In this document: positions 18,515 through 29,018 of the stretch, in pieces | Layout of the letters: the number at the start of each line of letters is the position of its first letter | Numbering within the stretch: position 1 is the first letter of the stretch | NCBI GenBank assembly: GCA_002705265.1 | Contig: PAHR01000019.1 | Span: 1,438-65,437 of the forward strand | DNA: 64,000 bases | Reading direction: 5' to 3' | Origin: Pelagibacteraceae bacterium | GTDB lineage: Bacteria; Pseudomonadota; Alphaproteobacteria; HIMB59 | Position numbers and translations under genes: made by a program | Notes under the pieces: model-generated | The model's input: the letters and a program-made list of their open reading frames with translations, nothing else | Told to the model about the DNA's origin: nothing | Database searches by the model: none

Positions 18515-19888
18515 CTAAAACATTCTATCTGGTAGCCAAGTTGCTATTTCAGGAAAAGTTCCAACAATAAATATAGCAATAATTTGTACACCAATAAAAG
18601 GCATAACACCCCTATAGATGTTTTTAGTTTTAATTTCTCTTGAAGCAACTCCTCTTAAAAAGAATAATGAAAATCCAAAAGGTGGTGTTAAAAAACTCGT
18701 TTGTAAATTTAAGGAAATAAGTATTCCCAACCATAACGGATCTGCTCCATTAGCAATTAGTACAGGACCAACTAAAGGAACTATTACAAAAATTATTTCT
18801 ATATAGTCTAAAAAAAATCCCAAAATAAAAATAGCAGCCATAACAATAAATAAAGCACCATAAAGACCACCTGGTAGATTACTTAAAAAACGTTCTATCA
18901 TTGAGTCGCCACCAAATCCTCTAAATACTAAGGAAAACATGGAAGCCCCAATGAGAATTACAAAAACAAAAGAACTTAACTTTACAGTACTTAATGAAAC
19001 ATCTTTTAAATTTTTAAAATTTAATTCACCTTTGGTAAATGCAATAATTGCAGCACCAACTGCACCTACGGATGCTGACTCGGTTGGTGTTGCAACTCCA
19101 AATAAGATTGACCCTAAAACTAACAGGATTAAAATTAAAGGTGGAAAAATAGATTTGAAAGCTTCAAAGTAGATTTCTTTCCTTGAGCGATGAGTTTTTA
19201 CTGGTGGACAACTATTTGGATAAATACGCGCATAAATGTAAATTAATAAAATAAACATACCGACAAGCATTAATCCCGGAAGTAAAGCACCAGCAAATAA
19301 ATCTATAGCTGTAACTGGTTCTGGAGCCAAATCTCCTTTTAACATTGCCGCTTCTTCATTAGCGCCTTGCAATATATTTGCAAGAAGCACTAAAACTATT
19401 GAAGGAGGTATGATTTGACCCAAAGTTCCTGCTGCACATATAGTACCTGTAGCAATTTTTTGATCATATCCAGCTTTCATCATTGCTGGTAACGATAACA
19501 TTCCCATAGTAACAACTGTTGCACCAACTATTCCAGTAGATGCTGCTAAAAGCATTCCAACAATTACCACGCCAATCCCAAGACCACCCTTAGTACTTCC
19601 AAAAAGCTCTCCTATAGATTGAAGAAGTCCCGCAGCAATTTTAGTTTTTTCTAACATAATTCCCATAAATATAAATAAAGGAACAGCAACCAATGGTTCA
19701 TTAATCATTGTTCCAAAAATTCTTTGTGGGAAAAAACCCATCATTCTAAAATTGAATATTTCCAAAAAATCACCTAAAAAACCAAACAACAATGCAGTGC
19801 CCGCTAGTGTGAAAGCAACAGGAAATCCAAAAAGTAAAAGAGCCAAAGTAGTTATAAACATTATTATTGATAAAATTTCAGAACTCAT
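18515..19888 (-). CDS. dctM: TRAP transporter large permease
   Basis: GTLGQIIPPS, ATPTESA, QTSFLTPPFG. Confidence 0.93.
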   Translation of the reverse strand: MSSEILSIIMFITTLALLLFGFPVAFTLAGTALLFGFLGDFLEIFNFRMMGFFPQRIFGTMINEPLVAVPLFIFMGIMLEKTKIAAGLLQSIGELFGSTKGGLGIGVVIVGMLLAASTGIVGATVVTMGMLSLPAMMKAGYDQKIATGTICAAGTLGQIIPPSIVLVLLANILQGANEEAAMLKGDLAPEPVTAIDLFAGALLPGLMLVGMFILLIYIYARIYPNSCPPVKTHRSRKEIYFEAFKSIFPPLILILLVLGSILFGVATPTESASVGAVGAAIIAFTKGELNFKNLKDVSLSTVKLSSFVFVILIGASMFSLVFRGFGGDSMIERFLSNLPGGLYGALFIVMAAIFILGFFLDYIEIIFVIVPLVGPVLIANGADPLWLGILISLNLQTSFLTPPFGFSLFFLRGVASREIKTKNIYRGVMPFIGVQIIAIFIVGTFPEIATWLPDRMF

Positions 19889-20391
19889 GATTTTTTAAAA
19901 AATAATACTTGAACAGATTTAATAATATTTGAAATAGCTTGAATTATTAAAAGGATACAAAATAACAAAATAGCACTTTTAAGAATATATAGCATTGGCA
20001 GACCACCAACCTCTCTGGATATTTCTTTCATTTGGAAAGATCTAGAAACAAAAGGATAGCTATATTTCCATATAATAAAAATAAAAGGTAAAAGTAAAAA
20101 AATATTACCTATTAGATCCACCAAATTTTTATATTTTTGAGAAGCATCTCTATAAAAAACGTCAATTCTAACATGTTCATTTGATAAATAGGTATATCCA
20201 CTGCCTAACATAAAAACAAAACTATGAAGCCACACGTAACTTTCTTGCATCCAAATAAAACCAATATTAAAACCATATCTTAAAACAACTACTGTGAAGA
20301 CAACCATAACCATCGTAAAAGCGAAAAAACCGCATAAGTATCCGACAAATTTATTTACTTTGTCTAAGATCAGACTGATTTTATTTAGCAT
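19885..20391 (-). CDS. dctQ: TRAP transporter small permease
   Basis: 4 TM segments, HVRID motif, overlaps the dctM start. Confidence 0.9.
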   Translation of the reverse strand: MLNKISLILDKVNKFVGYLCGFFAFTMVMVVFTVVVLRYGFNIGFIWMQESYVWLHSFVFMLGSGYTYLSNEHVRIDVFYRDASQKYKNLVDLIGNIFLLLPFIFIIWKYSYPFVSRSFQMKEISREVGGLPMLYILKSAILLFCILLIIQAISNIIKSVQVLFFKKS

Positions 20392-20448
20392 TTTTTAGAT
20401 GTGAGAAAGTATATATTAAATAATCAACCAGTAATAAATTTAATACGA

Positions 20449-20579
20449 TAGGTCGTGGTGCCTACTTTACTAATGCAAAGCAGTGCCTCATGCGGGGTGA
20501 GATAGGCACCCTTAAGTACTATTAAATTAAGGTTGCACTTAATAAGGTTTTAAACCTCAGTACTTAAGTTTGCGACCTA
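20449..20579 (+). ncRNA. unidentified highly structured RNA (multi-stem junction)
   Basis: P1 20449-56/20572-79, P2 20457-64/20503-10, P3 20511-20/20559-68, with internal hairpins. GC-rich island in AT-rich intergenic DNA. G-U pairs favour the + strand. Confidence 0.65.
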
Positions 20580-20741
20580 ATAATAGATTTATCAATATAA
20601 GTTCATTTTTTTAAGAAAATTCATGCAATTTAAACTATAGATATAAACAGTTTATTAACATTATGATTAATAATATTCCTGCATTAATCGATAGAAAGAT
20701 AAATTTTTACTATAAACAAAGTCAAATGTATACTCTCATAT

Positions 20742-21116
20742 ATGTCATCAAGACCATTATCCCCTCATCTTCAAATTCATAAACCATTTTTGACAATGGT
20801 ATTTTCTATTACTCACCGTATATCAGCTATTATTTTCTTTTTTTCTTTAATATTTATATCTTTTTGGGTTAGCACCTTTTATGCAAATGAAACTTTATTT
20901 ATTTATATAAGTTCTTTTATTAATTCCGTACTTGGTAAAATTTTAATTTTAATGTGGTTAATTTGTGTAAATCATTTCATTTTAAGTGAAATCAAACACC
21001 TGCTTTGGAGCAAGATAATTTTTTTAGAGATAGATTCAGTATATAAAATTTCTTACGTAATTTTGTTTGCTAATGTATTTTTAACAATATTAGCTGGAGT
21101 AATATTGTTTAAATGA
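20742..21116 (+). CDS. sdhC: succinate dehydrogenase cytochrome b subunit
   Basis: RPLSPHLQI, SITHRIS, position in the sdh operon. Confidence 0.9.
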   Translation: MSSRPLSPHLQIHKPFLTMVFSITHRISAIIFFFSLIFISFWVSTFYANETLFIYISSFINSVLGKILILMWLICVNHFILSEIKHLLWSKIIFLEIDSVYKISYVILFANVFLTILAGVILFK

Positions 21117-21430
21117 GAGCTTCAACAAAATCTAATTTACACAAATGGAGTTCTGTAACTTTAATTATTTTCTTAGTTTTTTTCTTAGTTTTTTTTTTAA
21201 AAACTTTTAATTTAAGTCGGCCTGAAATACAGAATATTTTAAAAGATCCCATTTCAAAGTTTCTATTAATTGGGTTTATATTAAATTCTACCTTTCATGC
21301 ACGTCTAGAACTTTGGAATATTTATGACGATTATTTTAAATTAAGAACAAAAACAATATTTCAAATTATTAGTTACATAATATTAGTATCTTTAGTAATA
21401 GTTGTTATTCCAATTATAGGGTTATTATAA
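21113..21430 (+). CDS. sdhD: succinate dehydrogenase membrane anchor
   Basis: 3 TM segments, H...IYDDY motif, between sdhC and sdhA. Confidence 0.8.
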   Translation: MRASTKSNLHKWSSVTLIIFLVFFLVFFLKTFNLSRPEIQNILKDPISKFLLIGFILNSTFHARLELWNIYDDYFKLRTKTIFQIISYIILVSLVIVVIPIIGLL

Positions 21431-23218
21431 ATGTCATATGAAATTAAAGATCATATTTTGGATGTTGCTGTGTTGGGAGCAGGGGGAGCTGGTTTAAGAG
21501 CTTCTTTAGGATGTGCTGAAAAAGGTTTAAAAACAGCATGCATTACCAAAGTCTATCCAACTAGAAGCCATACGGTTGCAGCCCAAGGTGGTGTTGGAGC
21601 TGCACTTGGTAACATGGGCAAAGATGACTGGAAGTGGCACATGTATGACACAGTAAAAGGATCTGACTGGCTAGGTGATCAAGATAGTATTGAATATTTA
21701 TGCTCCCAGGCAGTGGAGTCAGTAATCGAACTAGAGCATTATGGAATGCCTTTTTCTAGAACCAAAGATGGAAAAATATACCAAAGACCTTTCGGAGGTC
21801 ATTCAACTGAAAATGGAAAAGGTGAGCCAGCACATAGAGCGTGTGCAGCTGCTGATAGAACCGGACATGCTATGTTGCATACATTATATCAACAATGCCT
21901 AAAACAAGATGTACAGTTTTATAATGAATATTATGCTTTAGATTTGCTTAAAGATAATAATAATGAAATTTGCGGATTATTTGCAATTAATATTCAAGAT
22001 GGATCTATGCATAGATTCTTGTCAAAGATTACTATTTTAGCAACTGGCGGTTATGGAAGGATTTTTCAATCATCAACGAGCGCACATATTTGCACCGGAG
22101 ATGGTGCTGGAATGGCCCTTAGGGCTGGATTGCCTTTATCGGATATGGAGTTTATCCAATTTCATCCAACTGGCATATATGGTGTTGGAGTATTAATTTC
22201 TGAAGCGGCAAGGGGTGAGGGCGGATATCTTAAGAATTCTGAAGGAAAAAGATTTATGTTGGATTATGCTCCTCATGCTAAAGATCTAGCAGCTAGAGAT
22301 GTAATTTCAAGGTTTATAAGTATTGAAATAAAAGAAGGAAGAGGATGTGGGCCAAACAAAGACTACATAAACCTTCATCTTGACCATCTTGATCCTAAGA
22401 TTTTAGCTAAAAGACTTCCTGGCATTTCCGAGTCTGCAAAAACTTTTTGTGGAGTTGATATTAATAAAGAACCTATTCCTGTTGTACCAACTGTTCATTT
22501 TTGTATGGGAGGTATCCCTACAAATTTTAGATCCGAAGTATTAATTCCATCTCAGGGTAATTCAGAAGAAGTTTATTCAGGACTGATGGCAATTGGAGAA
22601 GGAGCTTGTGCTTCAGTTCATGGGGCTAATAGACTAGGAACAAATGCGCTTGCAGAACTTTTAGTTTTTGGAAAAGGTGCAGCAATTAGAGCATATGAAG
22701 TTTTAGAAAATGAAAAAAATAATAATAAAACTCCAAGTCAAAATCAAACCGATGAAATAATAAGTCGTTTTGATAGCATCTTATTTAATAAAGGAGATAT
22801 TTCGGCTGGCCAGCTAAGAGAGAAAATGCAAAAAACAGTTCAATCAAGATTTGGGGTTTACCGTGAAGAAAATACTTTAGCTCTTGGGAATGAAGAACTT
22901 TCCAGATTATCTTCAGATCTTAGTCATATACAAGTTAAAGATAAATCAAGCATATTTAATACAGACATTATAGAGGCGCTTGAGCTCCATAATCTAATGC
23001 AAATTTCAAGAAGTGTCGGAGCATCTGCTATAAATAGAACCGAAAGTAGAGGCGCTCATGCGAGAGAAGATTACCCAAATAGAGATGATGATAACTGGCT
23101 AAATCATTCTATTGTATGGATGAAAGATAATGAATTCGAAGTAACTAAAAGACCTGTAAGAATGACTACTATCAGTAATCAAGCAAAAGTCATTGCACCA
23201 GAAATAAGGGTATATTGA
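21431..23218 (+). CDS. sdhA: succinate dehydrogenase flavoprotein
   Basis: [35 protein letters not shown]. Confidence 0.97.
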   Translation: MSYEIKDHILDVAVLGAGGAGLRASLGCAEKGLKTACITKVYPTRSHTVAAQGGVGAALGNMGKDDWKWHMYDTVKGSDWLGDQDSIEYLCSQAVESVIELEHYGMPFSRTKDGKIYQRPFGGHSTENGKGEPAHRACAAADRTGHAMLHTLYQQCLKQDVQFYNEYYALDLLKDNNNEICGLFAINIQDGSMHRFLSKITILATGGYGRIFQSSTSAHICTGDGAGMALRAGLPLSDMEFIQFHPTGIYGVGVLISEAARGEGGYLKNSEGKRFMLDYAPHAKDLAARDVISRFISIEIKEGRGCGPNKDYINLHLDHLDPKILAKRLPGISESAKTFCGVDINKEPIPVVPTVHFCMGGIPTNFRSEVLIPSQGNSEEVYSGLMAIGEGACASVHGANRLGTNALAELLVFGKGAAIRAYEVLENEKNNNKTPSQNQTDEIISRFDSILFNKGDISAGQLREKMQKTVQSRFGVYREENTLALGNEELSRLSSDLSHIQVKDKSSIFNTDIIEALELHNLMQISRSVGASAINRTESRGAHAREDYPNRDDDNWLNHSIVWMKDNEFEVTKRPVRMTTISNQAKVIAPEIRVY

Positions 23219-24018
23219 TGGTTCAACTCAGGCTTCCAAAAAATTCTATTCCTACAGAAGGAAAAAAATATTCAAATGTAGATGTTTTAAATGAAGTAAC
23301 CTCAAAAAATAAAACTAAGACTTTTAAAGTTTATCGTTGGTCTGGTAATGAAAATGAGCAGCCAAAAATTGATACATTTGAAATAAGTTTCCCTAAGAGC
23401 GATACTATGGTTTTAGACATTCTCAATAGGATTAAAAGCGAGGTCGACCCTTCTTTAGCATATAGAAAGTCATGCAGAGAGGGTGTTTGTGGTTCATGCT
23501 CTATGAATATTGATGGAATAAATACACTTGCTTGTCAAAAGTCTTTGGAGGAATGCAATGATGAAATTAATATTTACCCCTTACCTCACATGCCTATAAT
23601 AAAAGACCTAGTTCCCGAATTAGGCCATGCCTTTGAACAATATAAATCTATTAAACCTTGGCTTAAAAAGGATGAAAATGAAGTACTTGATCCCAAAAAA
23701 GAAAGACTGCAAACACCTGAAGAAAGAGAAAAACTTGATGGAAAATGGGAATGTATCTTATGTTTTTCATGCTCAACTTCTTGCCCTAGTTATTGGTGGA
23801 ATGGTGATAAATATTTAGGACCTGCAGTATTACTGCAAGCCAATAGATGGATAAAAGATAGTCGATCAAGTGATAAGAAGGAAAGATTAGAAGAGCTTGA
23901 TGATAATTTTAAGTTGTACCGATGCCAGTCAATTATGAACTGTACAAAATCCTGTCCAAAAGGGTTAAATCCTGCTAAAGCTATAGCAGAAATAAAACTT
24001 GAGGTTTCAAAAACATAA
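23215..24018 (+). CDS. sdhB: succinate dehydrogenase iron-sulfur subunit
   Basis: [34 protein letters not shown]. Confidence 0.97.
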   Translation: MMVQLRLPKNSIPTEGKKYSNVDVLNEVTSKNKTKTFKVYRWSGNENEQPKIDTFEISFPKSDTMVLDILNRIKSEVDPSLAYRKSCREGVCGSCSMNIDGINTLACQKSLEECNDEINIYPLPHMPIIKDLVPELGHAFEQYKSIKPWLKKDENEVLDPKKERLQTPEEREKLDGKWECILCFSCSTSCPSYWWNGDKYLGPAVLLQANRWIKDSRSSDKKERLEELDDNFKLYRCQSIMNCTKSCPKGLNPAKAIAEIKLEVSKT

Positions 24019-24968
24019 TGAAAAAAAAAATTACTTTAATTGGAGCAGGAAATATTGGAGGAACCCTAGCCCACCTTTTATTAATCAAAAAATTAGGAGA
24101 TATAGTTCTAATAGATGTCATGCAAGGTATGCCACAAGGGAAGGCTCTTGATTTAAGTCAATCTTCTGCGGTTGAGGGATTTTCAAATACAATTCAAGGC
24201 AGTAATGATTTCTCAAAAATGAAAAATTCAGATGTTGTTATTATTACCGCTGGTCTTCCAAGAAAACCTGGTATGAGTCGAGACGACCTATTAGAAATAA
24301 ATGGTAAGATCATAAAAAAAATTGGCCTAGATATTAAAAAGTATTGCCCAAAAGCTTTTGTGATTTGTATAACTAATCCTCTAGATGCGATGGTCTATGT
24401 GTTACAAAAATACTCTAAGTTACCCTCAAGCAAATGTGTTGGAATGGCTGGAATTTTAGATTCATCCAGAATGAAATTTTTCTTATCAGAAGCGCTAAAA
24501 GTTTCTATTAATGACATTCAAACTTTTGTTTTGGGTGGCCATGGTGATGATATGGTTCCAATGGTAAATCACACTACAGTTGGAGGTATTCGTCTTTTAG
24601 ATTTTATTAAAAATAAAAAAATTCCTATGTCCAAGATCAATAAAATCCTTGATCGCACAAGAATGGGTGGCGGAGAAATAGTAAAACTTTTACAAAGAGG
24701 TTCTGCTTTTTACGCCCCAGCAAGTTCAGCAATTCAAATTGCCGAAGCCTATCTTTTAGATCAAAAAAAACTTTTACCATGTGCTGCTTACCTAAATGGT
24801 CAATATGGCTTAAAAAAAATGTATATGGGCGTCCCAGTAATTATTGGTTCTAATGGGGTTGAAGAAATCATAGAAGTTAAGCTTGATGCAAATGAAAAGA
24901 AAATGTTAAGAACTTCTGTTAAATCAGTTCAAGGTCTTGTTAAGGCAGTTGATAAAATTTTAAACTGA
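24018..24968 (+). CDS. mdh: malate dehydrogenase (LDH-like)
   Basis: GAGNIG, PRKPGMSRDDL, GGHGD, GSAFYAPA. Confidence 0.96.
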   Translation: MKKKITLIGAGNIGGTLAHLLLIKKLGDIVLIDVMQGMPQGKALDLSQSSAVEGFSNTIQGSNDFSKMKNSDVVIITAGLPRKPGMSRDDLLEINGKIIKKIGLDIKKYCPKAFVICITNPLDAMVYVLQKYSKLPSSKCVGMAGILDSSRMKFFLSEALKVSINDIQTFVLGGHGDDMVPMVNHTTVGGIRLLDFIKNKKIPMSKINKILDRTRMGGGEIVKLLQRGSAFYAPASSAIQIAEAYLLDQKKLLPCAAYLNGQYGLKKMYMGVPVIIGSNGVEEIIEVKLDANEKKMLRTSVKSVQGLVKAVDKILN

Positions 24969-25047
24969 TAATCTTTGTTAATTGAATAATAAAAATTCTG
25001 AATTAAATAGACTAAGCTAAAAAATCTAATATATTGAAGTAAATTAG

Positions 25048-27891
25048 ATGAGAACATATAATTCTTTTTTAACTACGAATAACGCATCCCAAATTGTTGA
25101 TATTTATAAAAGTTATAAGTCAGATCCTAACTCTATTGATAAAAGTTGGCTAGACTTTTTTAAATCATTAGACCCTCAAGAAATTTCAATAATTGAAGAT
25201 TATGAAAAATTAGATTGGTCAAAACAATCAAATGAAATTCAGCCATCAAGCTCATCACAATCAATTTCTGACTCTTTGAAGCTAGTCATGTTGATTAGAG
25301 CGTACAGAGAAATTGGTCATTTAGAGGCTAACCTAGATCCCTTAAGCTTATTTAATAGAGGAAACCAAAAAGGTTTAGATCCTACTTATTATGGGTTTGA
25401 GAAAAAAGATATGAATAGAAAAGTTTTTCTATTCGGTTATTTAGGTTTTGAATACGCAACAGTTCAAGAAGTTATTACAAAATTAAAAGAGATTTATTCA
25501 GGAACATTTGCCTCTGAATATAAACATATTCAAAGTAATGATGAATATCTTTGGCTCAAAGAAAGAATTGAAAATCGCGTCGACATGAGTTTGACCATCA
25601 AAGGAAAGCAAACAATACTAGAGAGACTGATCGCTGCTGAAATTTTTGAAAAATTTTTAGATACAAAATATAGAGGTTCAAAAAGATTTGGGCTTGATGG
25701 AGCCGAAGCCACAATACCTGCTCTAGAACAAATTTTAAAAAGATCAGCTGATCATGGCATCAAGGATTTTGGCTTTGCTTGTGCTCATAGAGGGAGATTG
25801 AATATACTTGCAAATATTATAAAAAAACCACAAGTTCAAATTTTTAGTGAGTTTATTCACGGTGGTGAAAATGCGTTAAGTGACCAAGGCTCTGGCGATG
25901 TTAAATACCATCTCGGTGCAAGCTCTGAACGTAGTTTTAGTGGAAATGTTATACATGTAAGTATGGCAGCAAATCCATCTCACCTTGAAGCAGTTAACCC
26001 TATTGTTGCTGGAAAAATAAGAGCAAAACAAAGAATTATTAATGATAAGACAAATGATCTAGTCTCGGGTCTTTTAATTCATGGTGATGCAGCAATTGCT
26101 GGACAAGGAGTAGTGGCAGAAACATTTACTATGTCCCAACTCAAAGGATATCGTATAGGCGGTTTAATTCATTTTATAATCAACAATCAAATTGGATTTA
26201 CAACATCTCCTCAATACAGTAGATCTGCTCCCTATCCATCTGAAATAGCCAAAACAGTTCAATCCCCAATTTTTCATGTTAATGGAGATGATCCTGAATC
26301 AGTCATTTTAGCAGCCAGAGTTGCAACTGATTTTAAGAATAAGTTTAAGAAGGACACCTTAGTTGATATGTTTTGTTACAGAAAACATGGCCATAATGAA
26401 GGAGATGAACCTTCCTTTACTCAGCCTATAATGTACAACAAAATTAAAAAACACCAATCAACAGCTTCCCTCTATTCAAAAAAACTAGTGGATGAGGAAA
26501 TCATTAAGCAGGACCAGGTAGATAACTATAAAGAAATAGTTTGGAGGGATTTAGAAAAAAAATTCACTAAGGCAGCAAATTATAAAGTTAAAAGTAAGTC
26601 CTGGCTTGGCGGGCAATGGACGGGATTAAGTCGTGCACCAAAAGATACAAAAAGAAGAGGGAAGACTTCCGAAAGCAAGAAATCATTAAAAGAAATTGGT
26701 TTAAAACTTACAAAGATTCCTGATGGGTTTAACATCCATCCAAAATTAAAAAAATTTAATGAACAAAGAATAAAATCGATTCTATCTGAAAAAAATGTTG
26801 ACTGGTCATTTGCTGAGGCCTTAGCATTTGGGTCACTTTTAACTGAAGGTTTTAAGGTTAGATTAGCCGGTCAAGATTCTGGTCGCGGAACATTTAGTCA
26901 AAGACATTCAGTTTTTTATGATCAAAAAACAGAAGAGAGGTATACTCCTTTAAACCATATATCTAAAAAACAAAAAAGATTTGAAGTAATAGATAGTTTT
27001 TTATCTGAACTTGGCGTTTTAGGTTTCGAATACGGTTATTCACTAGCCGATCCAAATGCTCTTGTATTATGGGAAGCTCAATTTGGAGATTTTGCTAATG
27101 GTGCCCAGATAATAATTGATCAATTTATAATGTCGGGAGAAAGAAAATGGATGCAAATGAGTGGCTTAGTTTTATTACTTCCTCATGGTCATGAAGGCAT
27201 GGGCCCTGAACATTCAAGCTCAAGAATTGAGCGTTTTTTACAGAGTGCATCGGAAGACAATATTCAAGTTGTTAACTGCACCACACCTGCAAGTTATTTT
27301 CATGTTTTAAGAAGGCAGATACATAGAAAATTTAGAAAGCCATTGGTAATATTTTCTCCAAAATCAACATTAAGACATCCTAGTAATATATCTGATTTAT
27401 CTGAATTTACTGGAAGAACTTCTTTTCACAGATTAATTACCGAGGATATTAAAAACGCTAAAAGAGTAATATTTTGTTCAGGGAAAATATTTTATGAACT
27501 AGATGACCACAGAATAGAAAACAAGATAAAAGACATACCTATAATTAGAATAGAGCAACTCTACCCCTTTCCTTTTGACACTATTCAGGAGGTTTTATTA
27601 AAATATAAAGACTGTGAATTTATATGGGCTCAAGAAGAGCCAAAAAATATGGGAGCATGGTCTTTTGTTAAAAGCCGTTTTAGACATTGTTTAAGAAAAT
27701 TAGGAATTAAAACTAACATTTACTACGTTGGAAGAAAAAGTTCAGCTGCTCCTGCTACTGGTATTGCTAAGAGGCATAATGCCAATCAAAACTTAATAAA
27801 ACAAATATCACTTCAATCTAATCTGAAAAATGTTATAAAAAACAGAATAGGAGTTAGTTTTATGAAATTTAAAGATTTACCTAAAGAATAA
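25048..27891 (+). CDS. sucA: 2-oxoglutarate dehydrogenase E1
   Basis: [39 protein letters not shown]. Confidence 0.96.
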   Translation: MRTYNSFLTTNNASQIVDIYKSYKSDPNSIDKSWLDFFKSLDPQEISIIEDYEKLDWSKQSNEIQPSSSSQSISDSLKLVMLIRAYREIGHLEANLDPLSLFNRGNQKGLDPTYYGFEKKDMNRKVFLFGYLGFEYATVQEVITKLKEIYSGTFASEYKHIQSNDEYLWLKERIENRVDMSLTIKGKQTILERLIAAEIFEKFLDTKYRGSKRFGLDGAEATIPALEQILKRSADHGIKDFGFACAHRGRLNILANIIKKPQVQIFSEFIHGGENALSDQGSGDVKYHLGASSERSFSGNVIHVSMAANPSHLEAVNPIVAGKIRAKQRIINDKTNDLVSGLLIHGDAAIAGQGVVAETFTMSQLKGYRIGGLIHFIINNQIGFTTSPQYSRSAPYPSEIAKTVQSPIFHVNGDDPESVILAARVATDFKNKFKKDTLVDMFCYRKHGHNEGDEPSFTQPIMYNKIKKHQSTASLYSKKLVDEEIIKQDQVDNYKEIVWRDLEKKFTKAANYKVKSKSWLGGQWTGLSRAPKDTKRRGKTSESKKSLKEIGLKLTKIPDGFNIHPKLKKFNEQRIKSILSEKNVDWSFAEALAFGSLLTEGFKVRLAGQDSGRGTFSQRHSVFYDQKTEERYTPLNHISKKQKRFEVIDSFLSELGVLGFEYGYSLADPNALVLWEAQFGDFANGAQIIIDQFIMSGERKWMQMSGLVLLLPHGHEGMGPEHSSSRIERFLQSASEDNIQVVNCTTPASYFHVLRRQIHRKFRKPLVIFSPKSTLRHPSNISDLSEFTGRTSFHRLITEDIKNAKRVIFCSGKIFYELDDHRIENKIKDIPIIRIEQLYPFPFDTIQEVLLKYKDCEFIWAQEEPKNMGAWSFVKSRFRHCLRKLGIKTNIYYVGRKSSAAPATGIAKRHNANQNLIKQISLQSNLKNVIKNRIGVSFMKFKDLPKE

Positions 27892-27892
27892 A

Positions 27893-28969
27893 ATGGCAAA
27901 ACTTTTAGTACCAGAACTCGGAGAGTCAATTTTAGAAGGCACATTAACCAATTGGCTGGTTAAAGAGAATGAATCTTTCAAGGCAGGAGATAATTTAGCA
28001 GAAATTGAAACAGATAAAATAACTATCGAAATTCCCGCTCAATCAAATGGAACTCTAAAAAAAATCTTAATTGAAAATGGACAATCAGTTAAAGTAGGTG
28101 AAGTAATTGCTGAATTGGAAAGTTCTTATGACATAACTTCTAAAAAAATAATGGAAGGTGCTAAAACTAAATCAGAAGATAAAGAACCAATTAAAATTGA
28201 AAAAAAGGAATCATCTGCTACTAAAGAGAAAAAAACTACAGAAGAAATTCCAAATTTTGACAAAGAAGTTAGTAATAAAAAAGAAAAAATAGTTCAAATG
28301 TCAAAGCTAAGACAAACAGTTGCAAAAAGGCTTAAAAGTGCTCAGAGTTCTGCAGCAATCCTTTCAACATTTAATGAAATCGATATGTCAGAAATTATAA
28401 AATTAAGAAAATCTGAACAAAAAAAATTCCAAAAAAAAAATAAAGTTAAACTAGGGTTTATGTCATTTTTTATTAAAGCATGTGTGCAGGCTTTAAAAGA
28501 AATTCCTGAAATTAATTCTGAGATATATGAAGACAAAATTATATATAAAAATTATTTTGATTTAGGAATTGCTATTGGTTCTGAAAAAGGTTTAGTAGTC
28601 CCCATTATCAGAGATGTAGAAAATCTATCTTTTGCACAAATTGAGCAATCTATATTTGAATTAGCTAATAAGGCGAATACTAATAAATTAACGATGTCAG
28701 ATTTAACAGGCGGTACTTTTTCTATAACCAATGGTGGTGTTTATGGTTCAATGATGAGTACACCAATAATAAACCCACCACAAAGTGCAATTTTAGGAAT
28801 GCATTCAATTATTGAAAGGCCGATAGCCTTTAAAAATAAAGTAGTAATTAGACCTATGATGTATGTTGCTTTAAGCTATGATCATAGGTTAATTGATGGT
28901 AAGCAAGCAGTAACATTTTTAGTTAAAATCAAAGAGATTTTAGAAAATCCAAAAAGCATTTACAATTAA
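27893..28969 (+). CDS. sucB: dihydrolipoyl succinyltransferase E2 (no obvious subunit-binding domain)
   Basis: Lipoyl domain [20 protein letters not shown]. Confidence 0.95.
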   Translation: MAKLLVPELGESILEGTLTNWLVKENESFKAGDNLAEIETDKITIEIPAQSNGTLKKILIENGQSVKVGEVIAELESSYDITSKKIMEGAKTKSEDKEPIKIEKKESSATKEKKTTEEIPNFDKEVSNKKEKIVQMSKLRQTVAKRLKSAQSSAAILSTFNEIDMSEIIKLRKSEQKKFQKKNKVKLGFMSFFIKACVQALKEIPEINSEIYEDKIIYKNYFDLGIAIGSEKGLVVPIIRDVENLSFAQIEQSIFELANKANTNKLTMSDLTGGTFSITNGGVYGSMMSTPIINPPQSAILGMHSIIERPIAFKNKVVIRPMMYVALSYDHRLIDGKQAVTFLVKIKEILENPKSIYN

Positions 28970-29018
28970 TAATAATTTTGCATCAATTACACACAACAGA
29001 TAGTGGTAATAAGTAAAT

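Noticed and set aside
20449-20579. 6S RNA, tRNA, tmRNA or known riboswitch identity for the structured RNA
   Set aside because: It is branched rather than rod-shaped, has no T-loop or CCA, and shows no TPP, cobalamin, glycine or SAM core motif that I could match by eye
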